In this document: one piece after another, positions 14,343-27,588 of the stretch
How positions within the stretch are numbered: the stretch's first letter is position 1
Layout of the letters: the number at the start of each line of letters is the position of its first letter
From: Octopus vulgaris
Taxonomy: Eukaryota
Assembly: GCA_951406725.2 (NCBI GenBank)
Contig: OX597814.1
Span: 195,610,001 to 195,674,000 of the forward strand
Direction of reading: 5' to 3'
Length of the DNA: 64,000 bases
Translations under genes and position numbers: made by a program
Notes under the pieces: generated by a model
The model's input: only the letters and a program-made list of their open reading frames with translations
Database searches by the model: none
Told to the model about the DNA's origin: nothing

Positions 14343-15379
14343 CTTATTTTAACGACCCCGAAAGAATGAAAGGCAAAGTCAACCTCATCGGAATTTGGTA
14401 AGCGTAGAGAAATTTCGCAGAGCATCTTATCCTACGTTTTACACATCCTGTTTTCAACCGCCCTCATGTAACAACCACTATAATAATTCTCTCTAAGTTT
14501 TGGCCGAAAGTCAGCAATTTTGATGGGAGGGACATAGACTCTGATCCTTAACTGGTACTTATTTTATCGACCCCGAAAGGATGAAAGCAAAGTCGACCTC
14601 GGCGGAATTTGAACTCAAATCAGATAAACTTAAAAAAAAAAAATATTCACAATGCATTTCGTCCTAGTTCTATAGATCCTGTTATCAACCACCTCCATAT
14701 AACAACTAGAATAATAATAAATATACTTAATGATATATATTAAAAGGAAGACAAAAGATAGAGTATTAAACCAAAGACAAAATGTAAAAAAAGTACAATA
14801 CATCAAATCAAAATTGCTAGAAAATGAAAAACAATGTACATTATGAGACGACGACAATAAACATTACAAATATTGACAAGCAAACAACATACAATTACAG
14901 GAATGAGAAACGGGGGAGAAAAACGAAAAGATAAAAAAATTAGAGGAGAAAATAAGCAAAGAGAAATTCTTCCTCTATAAAAAAAAAAAAGAAAAAGAGA
15001 AAAAGAACACAATCATTTCATTGCCTGAAACAACGTGAGTAGAAATGTAACGTTAAATAAAAGAATTCTATTTTTCTATTTATTTTTTTGAAAAATGCAT
15101 CATTTTCTTTATTGATCGTTTTATTAGATATTCTAGTTTCAATAATTATGATGTCTTAGTAAAGTAGACAGTAGCAAATATAATAGAGGACAGAAATGAG
15201 ATTGTTGAGCATCGAAGTTAGTTTTGCTCTAACTAGAATTTGAAACCAGATGCCAGAATCGATTCGCCTTTTGCTTTACGTCATTTCCGCTCTAAATGCC
15301 GTGTCTTTTGAAAGGAAACGCTGCCTTCGTTATGAGATGTTATATTTTGTCCGGGAGCAATTGGGAAGTAAATGAAATC

Positions 15380-16328
15380 CTCTCTACTAAAGGCACAAGG
15401 CCTGAAATTTTGGGGGACGGGACTTGTAAATTACATCGACCCCACTGTTTCACTTGTACTTAATTTATCGTTCCCGAAGGATGAAAGGCAACGTTGACCT
15501 CGGCGGAATTTGAACTCAGAGCAAGAAGACAGACGAAATACCTATTTCTTTACCACCCACAAGGGGCTAAACATAGAGTGGACAAGCAAGAACAGACAAA
15601 GGGATTAAGTCGATTACATCGACCCCAGTGCGCAGCTGGTACTTAATTTATCGAGCCCGAAAGGATGAAAGGCAAAGTCGACCTCGGCGGAATTTGAACT
15701 CAGAACGTAACGGCAGACGAAATACCTATTTCTTTACTACCCACAAGGGGCTAAACACAGAGAAGACAAACAAGGACAGACAAACGAATTAAGTCGATTA
15801 CATCGACCACAGTGCGTAACTGGTACTTAATTTATTGCTCCCGAAAGGATGAAAGGCAAAGTCGACCTCGGCGGAATTTGAACTCAGAACGTAACGGCAG
15901 ACGAAATACCTATTTCTTTACTACCCACAAGGGGCTAAACACAGAGAAGACAAACAAGGACAGACAAACGAATTAAGTCGATTACATCGACCCCAGTGCG
16001 CAGCTGGTACTTAATTTATCGAGCCCGAAAGGATGAAAGGCAAAGTCGACCTCGGCGGAATTTGAACTCAGAACGTAACGGCAGACGAAATACCTATTTC
16101 TTTACTACCCACAAGGGGCTAAACACAGAGAAGACAAACAAGGACAGACAAACGAATTAAGTCGATTACATCGACCACAGTGCGTAACTGGTACTTAATT
16201 TATTGATCCCGAAAGGATGAAAGGCAAAGTCGACCTCGGCGGAATTTGAACCCAGAACGTAGCGGCAGACGAAATACGGCTACGCATTTCGCCCGGCGTG
16301 CTAACATTTCTGCCAGCTCGTCGCCTTT
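15380..16328 (-). repeat. Tandem array of family A SINE: one head followed by 184-bp units
   Basis: The junction TACCTATTTCTTTA recurs at ~15539, 15723, 15907 and 16091 (period 184). There is one head at ~16260-16328. Confidence 0.9.
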
Positions 16329-17008
16329 GCAAAGTAAATGGAATGAAAGGACTTTCGTTGAGGACTAAAACTGTGTAGCGGACTCGGCACACCGAAACCC
16401 TATGTTTTTTTTTTTTTTTGTGAAATACAGGGTTGTTCAAAAGTCACGAAGTCAGGCTGATTTCGATCAGTTAGCAGTATCTGGTGACATTAGATTTAGC
16501 ACCAATTGTATTTTTATACTTCATGACTTTTAGGCCATGTAATATATTGTTTCAGCAATAAGATCTTAATAAGACTAAAGCATGTTCTGAGTTGTCTTTC
16601 GTTCTTGTTAAATCAACTAAATCAGCAGAGCGCTGTAGTTTGCTCGAAGCATTGCAGGATGTAAAAATCAAAACATTTACAGTGGAAGCCACGGTGATGT
16701 TGAAATAAATTAAATGAAAGTAAGAACATTCAATAAATAATTATCCAATAAATAATTATTTATAATTTTGGCACAAGACCAGAAATTTAGAGGGGAAGGG
16801 CAAGTCGATAATATTTATTCCACTACTTGACTGGTATTATTTTATCATCCCCGAAAGGTTGAAAGGCAAAGTCGACCACCGTGGAACTTGAGTTAAGAGC
16901 AAAAAGAGCAGGAATAAATACGGCTAAATGTTTTGCCCGACATTCTTTCAATCCTGGAAGCCCGCTCATGTAATATATTGCAGTTGATATATAAACTAAA
17001 ATTACCCT

Positions 17009-17195
17009 AGCAGTATTTCGTCTGTCGTTATGTTCTGAGTTCAAATTCCGCCGAGGTCGACTTTGCCTTTCATCCTTTCGGGGTAGATAAATTAAGTACC
17101 AGTTACGCATTGGGGTCGATATAATCGACTTAATCCGTTTGTCTGTCCTTGTTTGTCCTCTCTGTGTTTAGTCCCTTGTGGGTAGTAAAGAAATA
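17009..17195 (+). mobile_element. 5'-truncated family A SINE with 23-bp TSD
   Basis: GATATATAAACTAAAATTACCCT at 16986-17008 and 17196-17218. Confidence 0.9.
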
Positions 17196-17993
17196 GATAT
17201 ATAAACTAAAATTACCCTCGTCACATAGTAAAGAAAACAGGAGAACTGTGGTAATTCATCAAAACTTCATGTCCGTGCGATGGTGGTGGGGATAGCAAAA
17301 AACGTTCGTAAAAAGCGGAGGGACAACATTGAAATAGAAGCCTTGTCACTAAATCAAACTCGCTTGAGGAATGCTTCATCCTCATTTTATAGGGGATCAG
17401 TAAATCAGTTCCCTTCCATCAACTGCCCTTTAATAATTTTTTTAAAATTGTAACGAGACCTTATGGACACCTGTGTATATATATATACAAAATTTGGGGG
17501 TTTAGTCCACAGAAGATCTAAATGATTATGTACGCTGTTATTGAATGTTCATATGTTCGCGTCTTCTTTCTGGATGTTTACAATATCAGGGCTTTAACCC
17601 ACATGGATATACGCAAGATTGCTCCTGAAGACTTACGCTCATGGATCTACGCAGTGGTTAGGGAAGCGGACTCACGGTCGGAGGATTGCAGTTTCGATTC
17701 CCAGACCGGGCGTTGTGAATGTTTATTGAACGAAAACACCTAAAGCTTCACGAACTCCGGCAGGGGGTGGTGGCGAACCTTGCTGAACTCATTCACCACA
17801 ACTATTCTTCACTCTTTCTTCCTGTTTCTGTTGTACCTCTATTTGAAAGGGTCAGCCTTGCCACGCTCTGTGTCACGATGAATCTCCCTGTGGAGTGATC
17901 GGCCACTTGCACGTTAATTTCACGAGCAGGCTGCTCTGTTGATCGGATCAACTGGAACCCTCGTCGTCGTAACCGACGGAGTACCACGATATG

Positions 17994-18447
17994 TGTTATC
18001 TCCGAATCAATATTGCAATACATTTGCTTTCTCGATATGTATTTACATTAAATATGATACAGAGATGGCTATTTAATTATAATATTGCTTTTGTTTTATA
18101 TAACAGATTCTTATGCATCCGGGCGGCTAATTGTAAAACCAAGGATTCTTTAGTTACTGTTTTTCTATATCTGTAACAACGGATTTCGACTTAGAATGCG
18201 GTTGGCAGTGATTACATGCTACTGACAGATCCCAACCAGGCGGAAATACCTATCTAGCAATCTCACTGGCTGTTGGACGACCTTCATCTCTTAGCGATAT
18301 ATGTTGTCGTTTTAGACACAGCACGTCCATAAGAGATGTTATCTCCGGACGAATCCTGCAGCAAATTTGTCTTTTCACTACGTATTTGCATTAAGTATGA
18401 TGCACATATGACTATTTAAAAGTCATACTGCTTCTGTTGTACACCGT
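17994..18447 (+). mobile_element. Old retrozyme-like element (~343-nt unit plus diverged terminal direct repeat) with degenerate hammerhead
   Basis: Diverged direct repeat beginning TGTTATCTCCG at 17994 and 18337. At 18217-18259: TGCTA-CTGACAGA...GAAA-TACCTA-TC-TAGCA, with a 5-bp stem I. Confidence 0.45.
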
Positions 18448-18532
18448 CGATATATATATTTATATTCATTATTCTTAAACAAGAATATTATAGATAGTGA
18501 CTTCGAAGTTTTGGCCAGTTAAGCCATCGTCG

Positions 18533-18637
<105 letters not shown>

Positions 18638-18663
18638 TTCTGTCTGTGTATCTATCTATCTAT

Positions 18664-19707
18664 GATCTTGGGGCGAATCTGGACGTCGACGAGGAATACC
18701 TGACCTGCCTGTTCGGGACGACTTTCGGGCCAGAGCCCATAGACAACTTCCAGAGATCCCTGGCCTGGCAGTGCTACCGAGAAGCGCTACCCGTTCGGGA
18801 TAACCTCTACAGACACGGCACGAGAAACACGGGGCCGACCTGCCCGAGATGCGGTCAGAGCGACGAAAACGTTCTGCACGCACTCGTGCAGTGTCCAACA
18901 ATTTCCGACCTGTGGGCTTATGTCGAACAACTGCTGTCACGTGTGGGACGAGTCGGTTTATCAGCTGAGTCTATCGTCAATATTTATCACGCCTCCTTCC
19001 TTCAAACGGGAAGGAAGAGCTATTTTCATCATCCTTGTGGCTATGGCGAAAGAATGTGTCTGGTGGACGCGTCTGAAAGGATTGGAGACAAACACTTTCC
19101 TCTCTGGTCAATCTCTCATCAACTTCTTCAAGTACCACTTGAAAAGGAAAGTGAGAGTAGAGAAGCAAGTTTTGTCTAGCGAATGTTTTAAAAAAAGATG
19201 GGTGAATGTAGCAATGATGGCACGTATGATTGACGAAGCCACCTTGAGCGTAATCCTATGAACCCAGAAAATGAAAACAGTGGGTTACCCACTTGCAAAC
19301 AAATGTGGTAATATATAACAATATTGACCGAGGTTACCGTGGTCTTTTTCGTAGGCTTTTCTTCCCACGGATAAACCTTATCTGCTTCCCCCTTTACACC
19401 GTACATCATGACACTGTGATACACGATCCCTATTGATCGTTTTTTTTTTCCTCTTCCCCTTTCTTCCTCTCTTTTTTTCTCTTTTCCTTTTTATTTTCTT
19501 TTGTTTCCTTTCCTTTTTTCCTTTTTTTCTTTCTTCTCTTTTTTTTCTTTTTTCCCTTTTACGATCCCTTTTGATCGAAAACCTACGCCACTTTTTTTGT
19601 TTCTTTTGTTTTTTGTTTTTTTTTGTTTTTTTCATCCCCCAAAAGAAAAGCTCTACCTGGTAATTTGTCCCATTTGTGTGCAGCCCTGTGTTGCCAATAA
19701 AGAAACT
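18664..19707 (+). mobile_element. 5'-truncated L1/Tx1-clade LINE (ORF2 C-terminal zinc knuckle plus 3' UTR)
   Basis: ALPVRDNLYRHG...CPRCGQSDENVLHALVQCP...W is the L1/Tx1 C-terminal CCHC region. It frameshifts into ORF 18920-19261, then a pyrimidine-rich UTR ending AATAAAGAAA. Flanked on both sides by (TCTA)n. Confidence 0.8.
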
Positions 19708-19719
19708 TATCTATCCATC

Positions 19720-19803
<84 letters not shown>

Positions 19804-19826
19804 GTCTGCCTTTATAGATACACATA

Positions 19827-20211
19827 TCTCTCTCTATATAAACGGCAGTTTGTCTGTGCGTGTTTCTGTGTGTCTGTTTTCTCGTACCCTCACTCTGACC
19901 ACGGCTTTCAACCGATTCTGATGAAACTTGACACACACATAGCCCAATGTCATAATTCAAAACTAACGCAGCGAAAATTTTGAAAAGTTCCCCCAGTTCT
20001 GAAAAAAATCGATAAATTCGACATGGGGTCGAGAATGAGAAACCCAAACCACAGACCGTCTAGGGGACGCAACTCCACCTGTTTTAACTCTCAAAAAAAA
20101 TTTACCATCATTTTTTTTCCATTTTTTTGCTATTTTTTGGCTATAACTCTCTAAAAATGCTTTATAGTTATTTCCCTTACAAACCTGAGCAACGCCGGGC
20201 GATACTGCTAG
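19827..20211 (+). mobile_element. Non-autonomous Helitron
   Basis: 5' TC, subterminal hairpin CCTGAGCAACGCCGGG and 3' CTAG; inserted between A and T with no TSD. Confidence 0.75.
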
Positions 20212-22509
20212 TATATACATAATTACATGTGTGTGTGTTTGTGTGTGTGTATTTCGTATCAATATCTAGCATATGTTATTGTGAGACCTGTGTTTGAATG
20301 CTGGTTATAATTTGCCTTCTTCGATCTCATTTAATTTCTATCCATCGAGGCACATTTGCGGCTTCGCTCTTCGACCAAAGAGAGAGCCAATTATATCGTC
20401 ACGCCACCTATAAATCACAGACGCATTTTTCTCAAATGGAATTCTACCGGCTTACACATAGGTTACGGAAACATAATACAAACATACATACATGCATATA
20501 CACATGCATGCACACACACATATGCACAAAGTGGATCTCCGTCGGTTACGACGACGTGTGTTGTCGATGCGATCAACGGAACAGCCTTTTCGTGAAATTA
20601 ACGTGCAAATGGCTGAGTACTCTACAGATGCACGTACCCTTAACATAGTTCTGAGGAAAATTCAGCGTAACAAACAATGGCCATTTGAAATACAGGTACA
20701 ACTCATTTTTGCCAGCTGAGTGGACTGGAGCAACAAGAAATAAAATTAAGGCGGCGAGCTGGCAGAGACGTTAGCATGCCGGGCGAAATGCTTAGCGGTA
20801 TTTCGTCTGCCGTTACGTTCTGACTTCAAATTCCGCCGAGGTCGACTTTGTCTTTTATCTTTTCGGGGTCGATAAACTAAGTACCAGTTACGCACTGGGG
20901 TCGATATAATCGACTTAATCCCTTTGTCTGTCCTTGTTTGTCCTCTCTGTGTTTAGCACCTTGTTGGTAGTAAAGAAATAGAAACAGGTATTTCGTCTGC
21001 CGTTACGTTCTGAGTTCAAATTCCGCCGAGGTCGACTTTGTCTTTTATCCTTTCGGGGTCGATAAACTAAGTACCAGTTACGCACTGGGGTCGATATAAT
21101 CGACTTTATCCGTTTGTCTGTCCTTGTTTGTCCCCTCTATGTTTAGCCCCTTGTGGGCAATGAAGAAATAAGAAATAAAATGTCTTGCTCAAGGACACAA
21201 CTTGTCACCGGGTATCGAACTCACGACCTTATGATGGCGAGCTGAATACCCTAAACACTAAGCCACGTGCTTTCACCACACACACACACACGCACACACA
21301 TACACACACATATACACACACAATCATACACGATGACACAGAAACACAGGTTCCTGCGGGTGCATGCTGCTGTGCTTCTGTGTGTATTTATGTAATTTGG
21401 CGACTAGAGATCGATAAAACGAACTTAAAACTATATAACGATAAACGTCGCCCTTTTCAAGCCTAGCCAGGCTCATAGCCCCGGTTTCCCAGTTTCTGTG
21501 GCGTATGTGCCCCCCTCCCCAGTTGGACGGGACGCCAGTCCATCGCAGCGTTACTCAAGAAAGAGGAAGAGGGAGTGAGAGAAAGTTGTGGCGAAAGAGT
21601 ACAACAGGGGTCGCCACCGCCGTCTGCCGAAGCCTCGTGGAGTTTTTAGGTGTTTTCGCTCAATAAACACACACAACGCCATGTCTGGGAATTGAAACTG
21701 CGATCCTCCGACCGCGAGTCCGCTGCCCTAACCACGGGGCCATTGCGCCTTCACAAAACTCTATATGATCAGCTAAAATCATTTAAGGTCATCTCTCAGC
21801 CCGGCCAGAGCCCAATGATTAACACAATTAAATGATAAAAAATCAAAGGAAGACAACAATAGAAGAATATGTATGTTGTCCTTCATACACCCTATCTAAT
21901 TTAACCCCCACCCCAAATATGACTGAATAATATTTGACCATAAGCTAAAGCAAGGTGGAATAACTTGGACTAGTGGTTAGAGCAGCGGATTCGCGGTCGA
22001 GGGATCGCGGGTTCGAATCTCAGACCGGGCGATGTGTGTGTTTATGAGCGAAACACCTAAGCTCCACGCGGCTCCGACAGGAGGTAAAGGCCAACTTCTG
22101 CTGACCCTTTCGCCACAACTTTCTCTCACACTTTCCTCCTGCATCTTGCAGCTCACCTGCGATAGATCGGCGTCCCATTCCAGGTGGGTAACCTATACGC
22201 CAAGGAGACCGGAAACCGGTCCTTATGAGCCAGGCATGAATCAATCGAAAAGGAACAAACATCTTTCGTATCTAGTCTCGAGAAGCAACAAGCTAAAGCA
22301 AGACAAAGCCTAGGGTTGAACAGGAACGAGAATGATAAATGGAGTTGTTAAGTACACTCATCTATATTCTGTAATTCTGTAATTCTGTAACATAAGAAAT
22401 GTGAGCGAGTTTTATTAACATTTCGTATTAAAGTAATCCACATTATTTTCACTACATTTAATATCAAACTAACCAGCTCGGCTTATTCAACGAATCGGTA
22501 GGATTATAA

Positions 22510-22802
22510 TGGTGGTGGTGGGGATAGTGGTGGTGGGGATGGTGGTGGTGATGATGATGATGATGATGGTAGCAATAATATTAACTGTAAACGTATTGAT
22601 AATAAAAAAATAATAAAAATAGTAAAACAGTATAAATAATAATCAAAAATAATGAAAAATAATGATTATTATTCATATCAATATTGTTGACGTTAATAAT
22701 ATCCTTAATAACTATAACCATTGAACACTACTACTACTACTGTTGCTGCTGCTGCTGCTGCTACTACTAGTACAGCTACCGCTACTACTGCTGCTGCTGC
22801 TG

Positions 22803-22833
<31 letters not shown>

Positions 22834-23466
22834 AGCTGCCACCGCTGCTGCTGCTGCTGCTACTACTACTACTACTACACCTACAACAACAACAACTACT
22901 ACTACTACTATTACTGCCGCTGCTGCGGTGTTACTATTACTACTGCTACCACTGTTGCTACTGCTGTTGCTACTACCACCACTATTACTACTACCACTAC
23001 TGCTGCTACTACTACTACTACTACTACGACACCTACAACAACAGCTACTACTACTCATGTTGATGATGATAATAATGATGATAATATTAACAGTAACATT
23101 AATAACAAGAAAAACAACAATAAGGATGATAATAAAATATTAATGATAATGATCTCTTCATATTAATAAAAATAATCATAACATAATAATAATCATAACA
23201 TAACATAATAAAAATCATCATAACACCAAAAAGAATAAGCGATGACAGCGTTACTAATAACATGTTAATAATAATAATAATGATAATAATAATAATAATA
23301 ACAACAACAACAATAATAATAATAACAACAATCATAATAACAATAACAACAACAACAACAATAATAATAATAATAACAACAATAATAACAACAACAACAA
23401 CGACAATAATAATAATAACAACAACAACAATCAATAATAATAGTAATAATAATAATAATAATAATG

Positions 23467-23521
<55 letters not shown>

Positions 23522-23670
23522 CAACACTGAAATACTAATACTAATATTAATACTAATACGACTATTGCTGCTGCTGCTGGTGATGATGATGATGATAATG
23601 ATGATGATGATGATGATGATGATGACAATGATGATGGTGATGATAATAACGCCAACTACAACGCCAACAA
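22510..23670. repeat. Compound trinucleotide microsatellite block (GGT/GAT/ACT/GCT/AAT/AAC)
   Basis: Read directly from the sequence. It explains the homopolymeric ORFs in the track. Confidence 0.95.
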
Positions 23671-24721
23671 CAAGATTGACAATAGTCAAGCAAAAATGGA
23701 GGGGAAAAAATAGACCAACACTCTGAACAATACGTTTAATTTAATCCATACTTCAAATATGTCTTCTTGATACTTAAATTTCCACAAATATCGTAATTAC
23801 TCTACTGCTAAGGTACATTACTCTTCTTCAATATGTATTCAGGCGCATAACGTTACTTTCTTTCTTTCTTTCTTTCTTTCTGTATTTATCACCATTTTCT
23901 CTTTCTTTTTTTTTTATATCATATCTTCCCTTGATATTATTTATAAGAGAATTAATAAATTTCTGTCTTCAATTCGATTGTAAATAATGCAATCTCAAAT
24001 ATCAAAGTAAACTGTATAATTTTTTTCCCTTCTTCTCATTATTGAACATTGATAGATAATACTTGCCTCTAACTTTTCAATTTTGTTCAGCTTTCGATTA
24101 GGAAACCAAAAATGGAACAACAAACACCAAAAGAGACGCGTGAATATCCATACGGACGGAGGTATATTCCGTACAAACGGACATTATAATCACACAGGTG
24201 TTTTGTTCAAATTAATTCTCTGATAAAACGACCATTTTCTATTTATTATTCTTCCTTCGCTCCTTCTTACTTCCCTTTTCATTTCTTTGTATCTTCCTTC
24301 TCATCCTCGTTTCTTGCTTTCTTTCCATTTCTCCATCTTTGTGGATTTTTCTTTAGAATTATTATTCCTTATCAAACGACGCTTTCAGTCATTTCAGCGA
24401 AATGAGAACATATCAGACGTCGCCATTTTAAAACCCGCAATCGATTATTATTGTGAAACTCATAAGCTTTATGATTCTTTCTTTTAGCTGTTTCAGTCAT
24501 TAGACAACGGTTATGCTGGGGCACCACCATGAAGTGGGGGTTTTTTGTCGAAACTTTGAAAGATTTTAATCGACCGTTGTATTTAATTTTTAGGTCACCT
24601 ACTTATTATCTCCGTGTCTTTTACAGAACCGCTAAGTTACGGGGACATACAATTACCAGCACTAGTCATCAGGTAGTGTGGGATCAACGACACAAATACA
24701 TATGTATATATATATATATAT

Positions 24722-25128
24722 AAAATAAAATATTAGGGAATAAATCCAAACTTACAGGGAAAAATCAGATTTAAGATTAAATCCAATTTTATAGTAAAAT
24801 ATTATATTATATTAAATTAGAGATAAAACCACTATTAGGCAAATCAAACAATGAAAAACATAAACCAATACATAAAATTAATTAATTTATATTATTTTAA
24901 ATATTTATCAAAAGTTTAATAAAAGATAATGAGTAAAACACTACGATCGTTTCATGGCTGTCCAATATAGGGAGTGTTCACGAAAAAATCAAAAGACGAA
25001 GACAGGTGGTGTACAAAACAAACAGATGTATTAGTATGACGCTCAGGAAAAGAAAAAATCTTTTACGTTTCTAGCCTACGCTCTTCTACAGAAAGGGACA
25101 CAGAAAAAAACAAGGAGAGAAAAATATA
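24722..25128 (-). mobile_element. Composite of two pLTR/retrozyme-like remnants with hammerhead motifs
   Basis: 3' half of a hammerhead at 24936-24953 (GAAA-CGATCG-TA-GTGTTT). At 25059-25096: CCTTT-CTGTAGA-A-GAGC-GTAG-GCTA-GAAA-CG-TA-AAAGA, the same family as 27030-27215. Confidence 0.55.
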
Positions 25129-25240
25129 CCCAGATATGTGTGTGTGTGTGTGTTTTAAATCCTTAGTACAGTTTATTTGAAAAAGAAAGAGAATGACTTC
25201 ACTGGTTGTTCTAATCAATTAAATTTTTCAATGTCATTCT

Positions 25241-25940
25241 TTAGTTAATCCCATACTCGAGTTTCGGTATTAATGACCAAAATAAATAAATTTAGTATTT
25301 TGGTCATTAATAGCGAAACTCGAGTATGGGATTAACTAATCTTTTATTTTGCTCCACTCTAGTGCCATTAACAGCGTGCCTTAAGAATTATATTTTCGTC
25401 GTTTGGGTTTCACTGCCTTTTGTATCATGTAAAAAGTCCTATGAAGGGTCTTCTCTCTGTGTATAAATCCTTATGCACTTTTATATATAAAATTAAGCAT
25501 GCGAACCATTGGTAATACATTATTTTAATTTTTTACCCTCATAATTTACACAATAAAGTTTTCCAATTCTGAGGTCATACAGTACACTGTTTAAATTTAT
25601 TTACTGCTGACTACACTAGTGCACTAAATTTAAATCCATAATGTACAAAGATGGAGCTGTCTTGCGTACGTGTTTTCGGTAGTATTAAAGCTACATAATT
25701 ATGCATTCTTTAGCGATTACACTGACGAACTCTGGATGCCAATGTAATTTATTTTGGTCATTAATAATGAAACTCAAGTATGAGATTAACTAATTTTTTT
25801 ATTTTAGTTCACTCTAGTGCCATTAACAGAGTGCCTTAAAAATTATGTTTTCGAGCTGTGGGTTTAATTGTCCTTTTTAACATGTAAGATGTCATGTGAA
25901 GGGTCTTCTCTCTGTGTATAAATCTTTATATACTCTTATA
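25241..25940 (+). mobile_element. Retrozyme-like element: ~454-nt unit, ~190-nt terminal direct repeat, short 5' inversion
   Basis: 25297-25488 is repeated at ~25750-25940 (GAAACT at 25315 and 25769). ~25241-25284 is the reverse complement of ~25297-25339. Hammerhead-like motif at ~25715-25787 (CTGACGA...GAAA-CTC[A/G]AG-TA). Ends in (TA)n. Confidence 0.6.
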
Positions 25941-25966
25941 TATATATATACACTCACACACACACT

Positions 25967-25998
<32 letters not shown>

Positions 25999-27080
25999 CA
26001 CTCACACACACACACTCACACACACTCAGACATACACACTCGCACACACGCTCTCTCACACTCACATAAATACACACATACAAACACACATATTAAGTAC
26101 ATATATACACACATATACATACACATATATATATCTACATATTCGAAGCGATTAACATAAACAAACATATTTTATTCTTTTGTTTTTTTACATTTATTTC
26201 TTTCAGTCATTTGACTGCGGCCACCCTGGAGTACCGCCTTTGGTCAACAAAATCGACTCCAGGACTTATTCATTGTAAGTCTAGTACTTATTCTATTAGT
26301 TTCTTTCCTGAACCGGTAAGTTACGGGAACGTAAACGCACCAACATCGGTTGTCATGTGATGGACAAAACACAGACTCACAAAAATATATACACACACAC
26401 ACGCAGATATATATACACACATAGATATACAATAGATATATTTATACGACGGCTTTCTTTCAGTTTCCGTCTAGCAAATCCACTCACAAGGCTTTGGCCA
26501 GCCCAATGCTATAGTAGAAGACACTTGCCCAAGATGCCATGCAGTGGGACTGAACCCGGAACCATGTGGTTGCGAAGGAAGCTACTTACCACACAGTTAT
26601 TTCTGAGCCTATATAATTTCTACATCCATGGGCGAGCAAATTTTGTCGAAAACTCAATGTTAAGTATTGTTCAAATTGATATATTTCAATTCGCCAGTGA
26701 GATAGTATCAACAGAGTTGGAGGTGAGACAAGCAGATGAGCTGTGGTGTAGCTAAGACAAGAAACGTATCACTTTTAACTGAGAATATAACAATATTCTC
26801 ACTTGCCGCTAGCGGTGTGAATACATAGCATCGTTTTTATATTATAACAACATTTTTTCACACTCCGATCTCTTTTCAAGTCAACAGACGCATATAAATT
26901 ATAAGTTAACACACGCCTAATAAATTTATGTTTGCGCATCTGTGTGTCAGTGTGCAATATGCATACATATATACAATGTGCGATATATATACATATTCAT
27001 ACACCCCTATATATAGAACGCCATGTTGAATCGTTAGCTCCTGCACGCATTTTTTTCTCTCCTTGTTTCTTTTCTGTGTA

Positions 27081-27118
27081 TCTTTCTGTTGAAGAGCGTA
27101 GGCTCGAAACGTAAAAGA
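27081..27118 (+). ncRNA. Minimal type I hammerhead-like motif, CUGUUGA core
   Basis: TCTTT-CTGTTGA-A-GAGC(GTAG)GCTC-GAAA-CG-TA-AAAGA, within a ~190-bp repeat ending at (TA)n. Confidence 0.55.
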
Positions 27119-27214
27119 CTTGTTTTATTTCTATTCCTGAGCGCCATACTAATACAATTGTTTGGTTGTACTCCACCTGCCTTCGTCTTTTGTTTATTTT
27201 CGTAAACCTTCCCG

Positions 27215-27326
<112 letters not shown>

Positions 27327-27553
27327 AGAGGCTGTGTGGTAGAAAGCTTGCTTCCCAACCCCATGACATGATTCCGAATTCGGTCTTCAACTGTAGCCGC
27401 GGGCCGACCAAAGACTTGTGAGTAGATTTGGTAGACGGGAAGTGAAAACCCGTAGTATGTATGTATGTATGTATGTATGTATGTATGTATGTATGTATGT
27501 ATGTATGTATGTATGTATGTATGTACCTATCTATCTATCTATATCTATATCTA

Positions 27554-27588
<35 letters not shown>

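Noticed and set aside
15380-16328. CRISPR-like array
   Set aside because: Units are whole 184-bp SINE bodies with no unique spacers, in eukaryotic context.
22705-23726. Long low-complexity ORFs (poly-T/A/L/I/N)
   Set aside because: They are translations of trinucleotide microsatellites, open in several frames on both strands.
24415-24440. YY1-like CGCCATTTT promoter motif
   Set aside because: A single short motif with no associated gene or CpG island is expected by chance.
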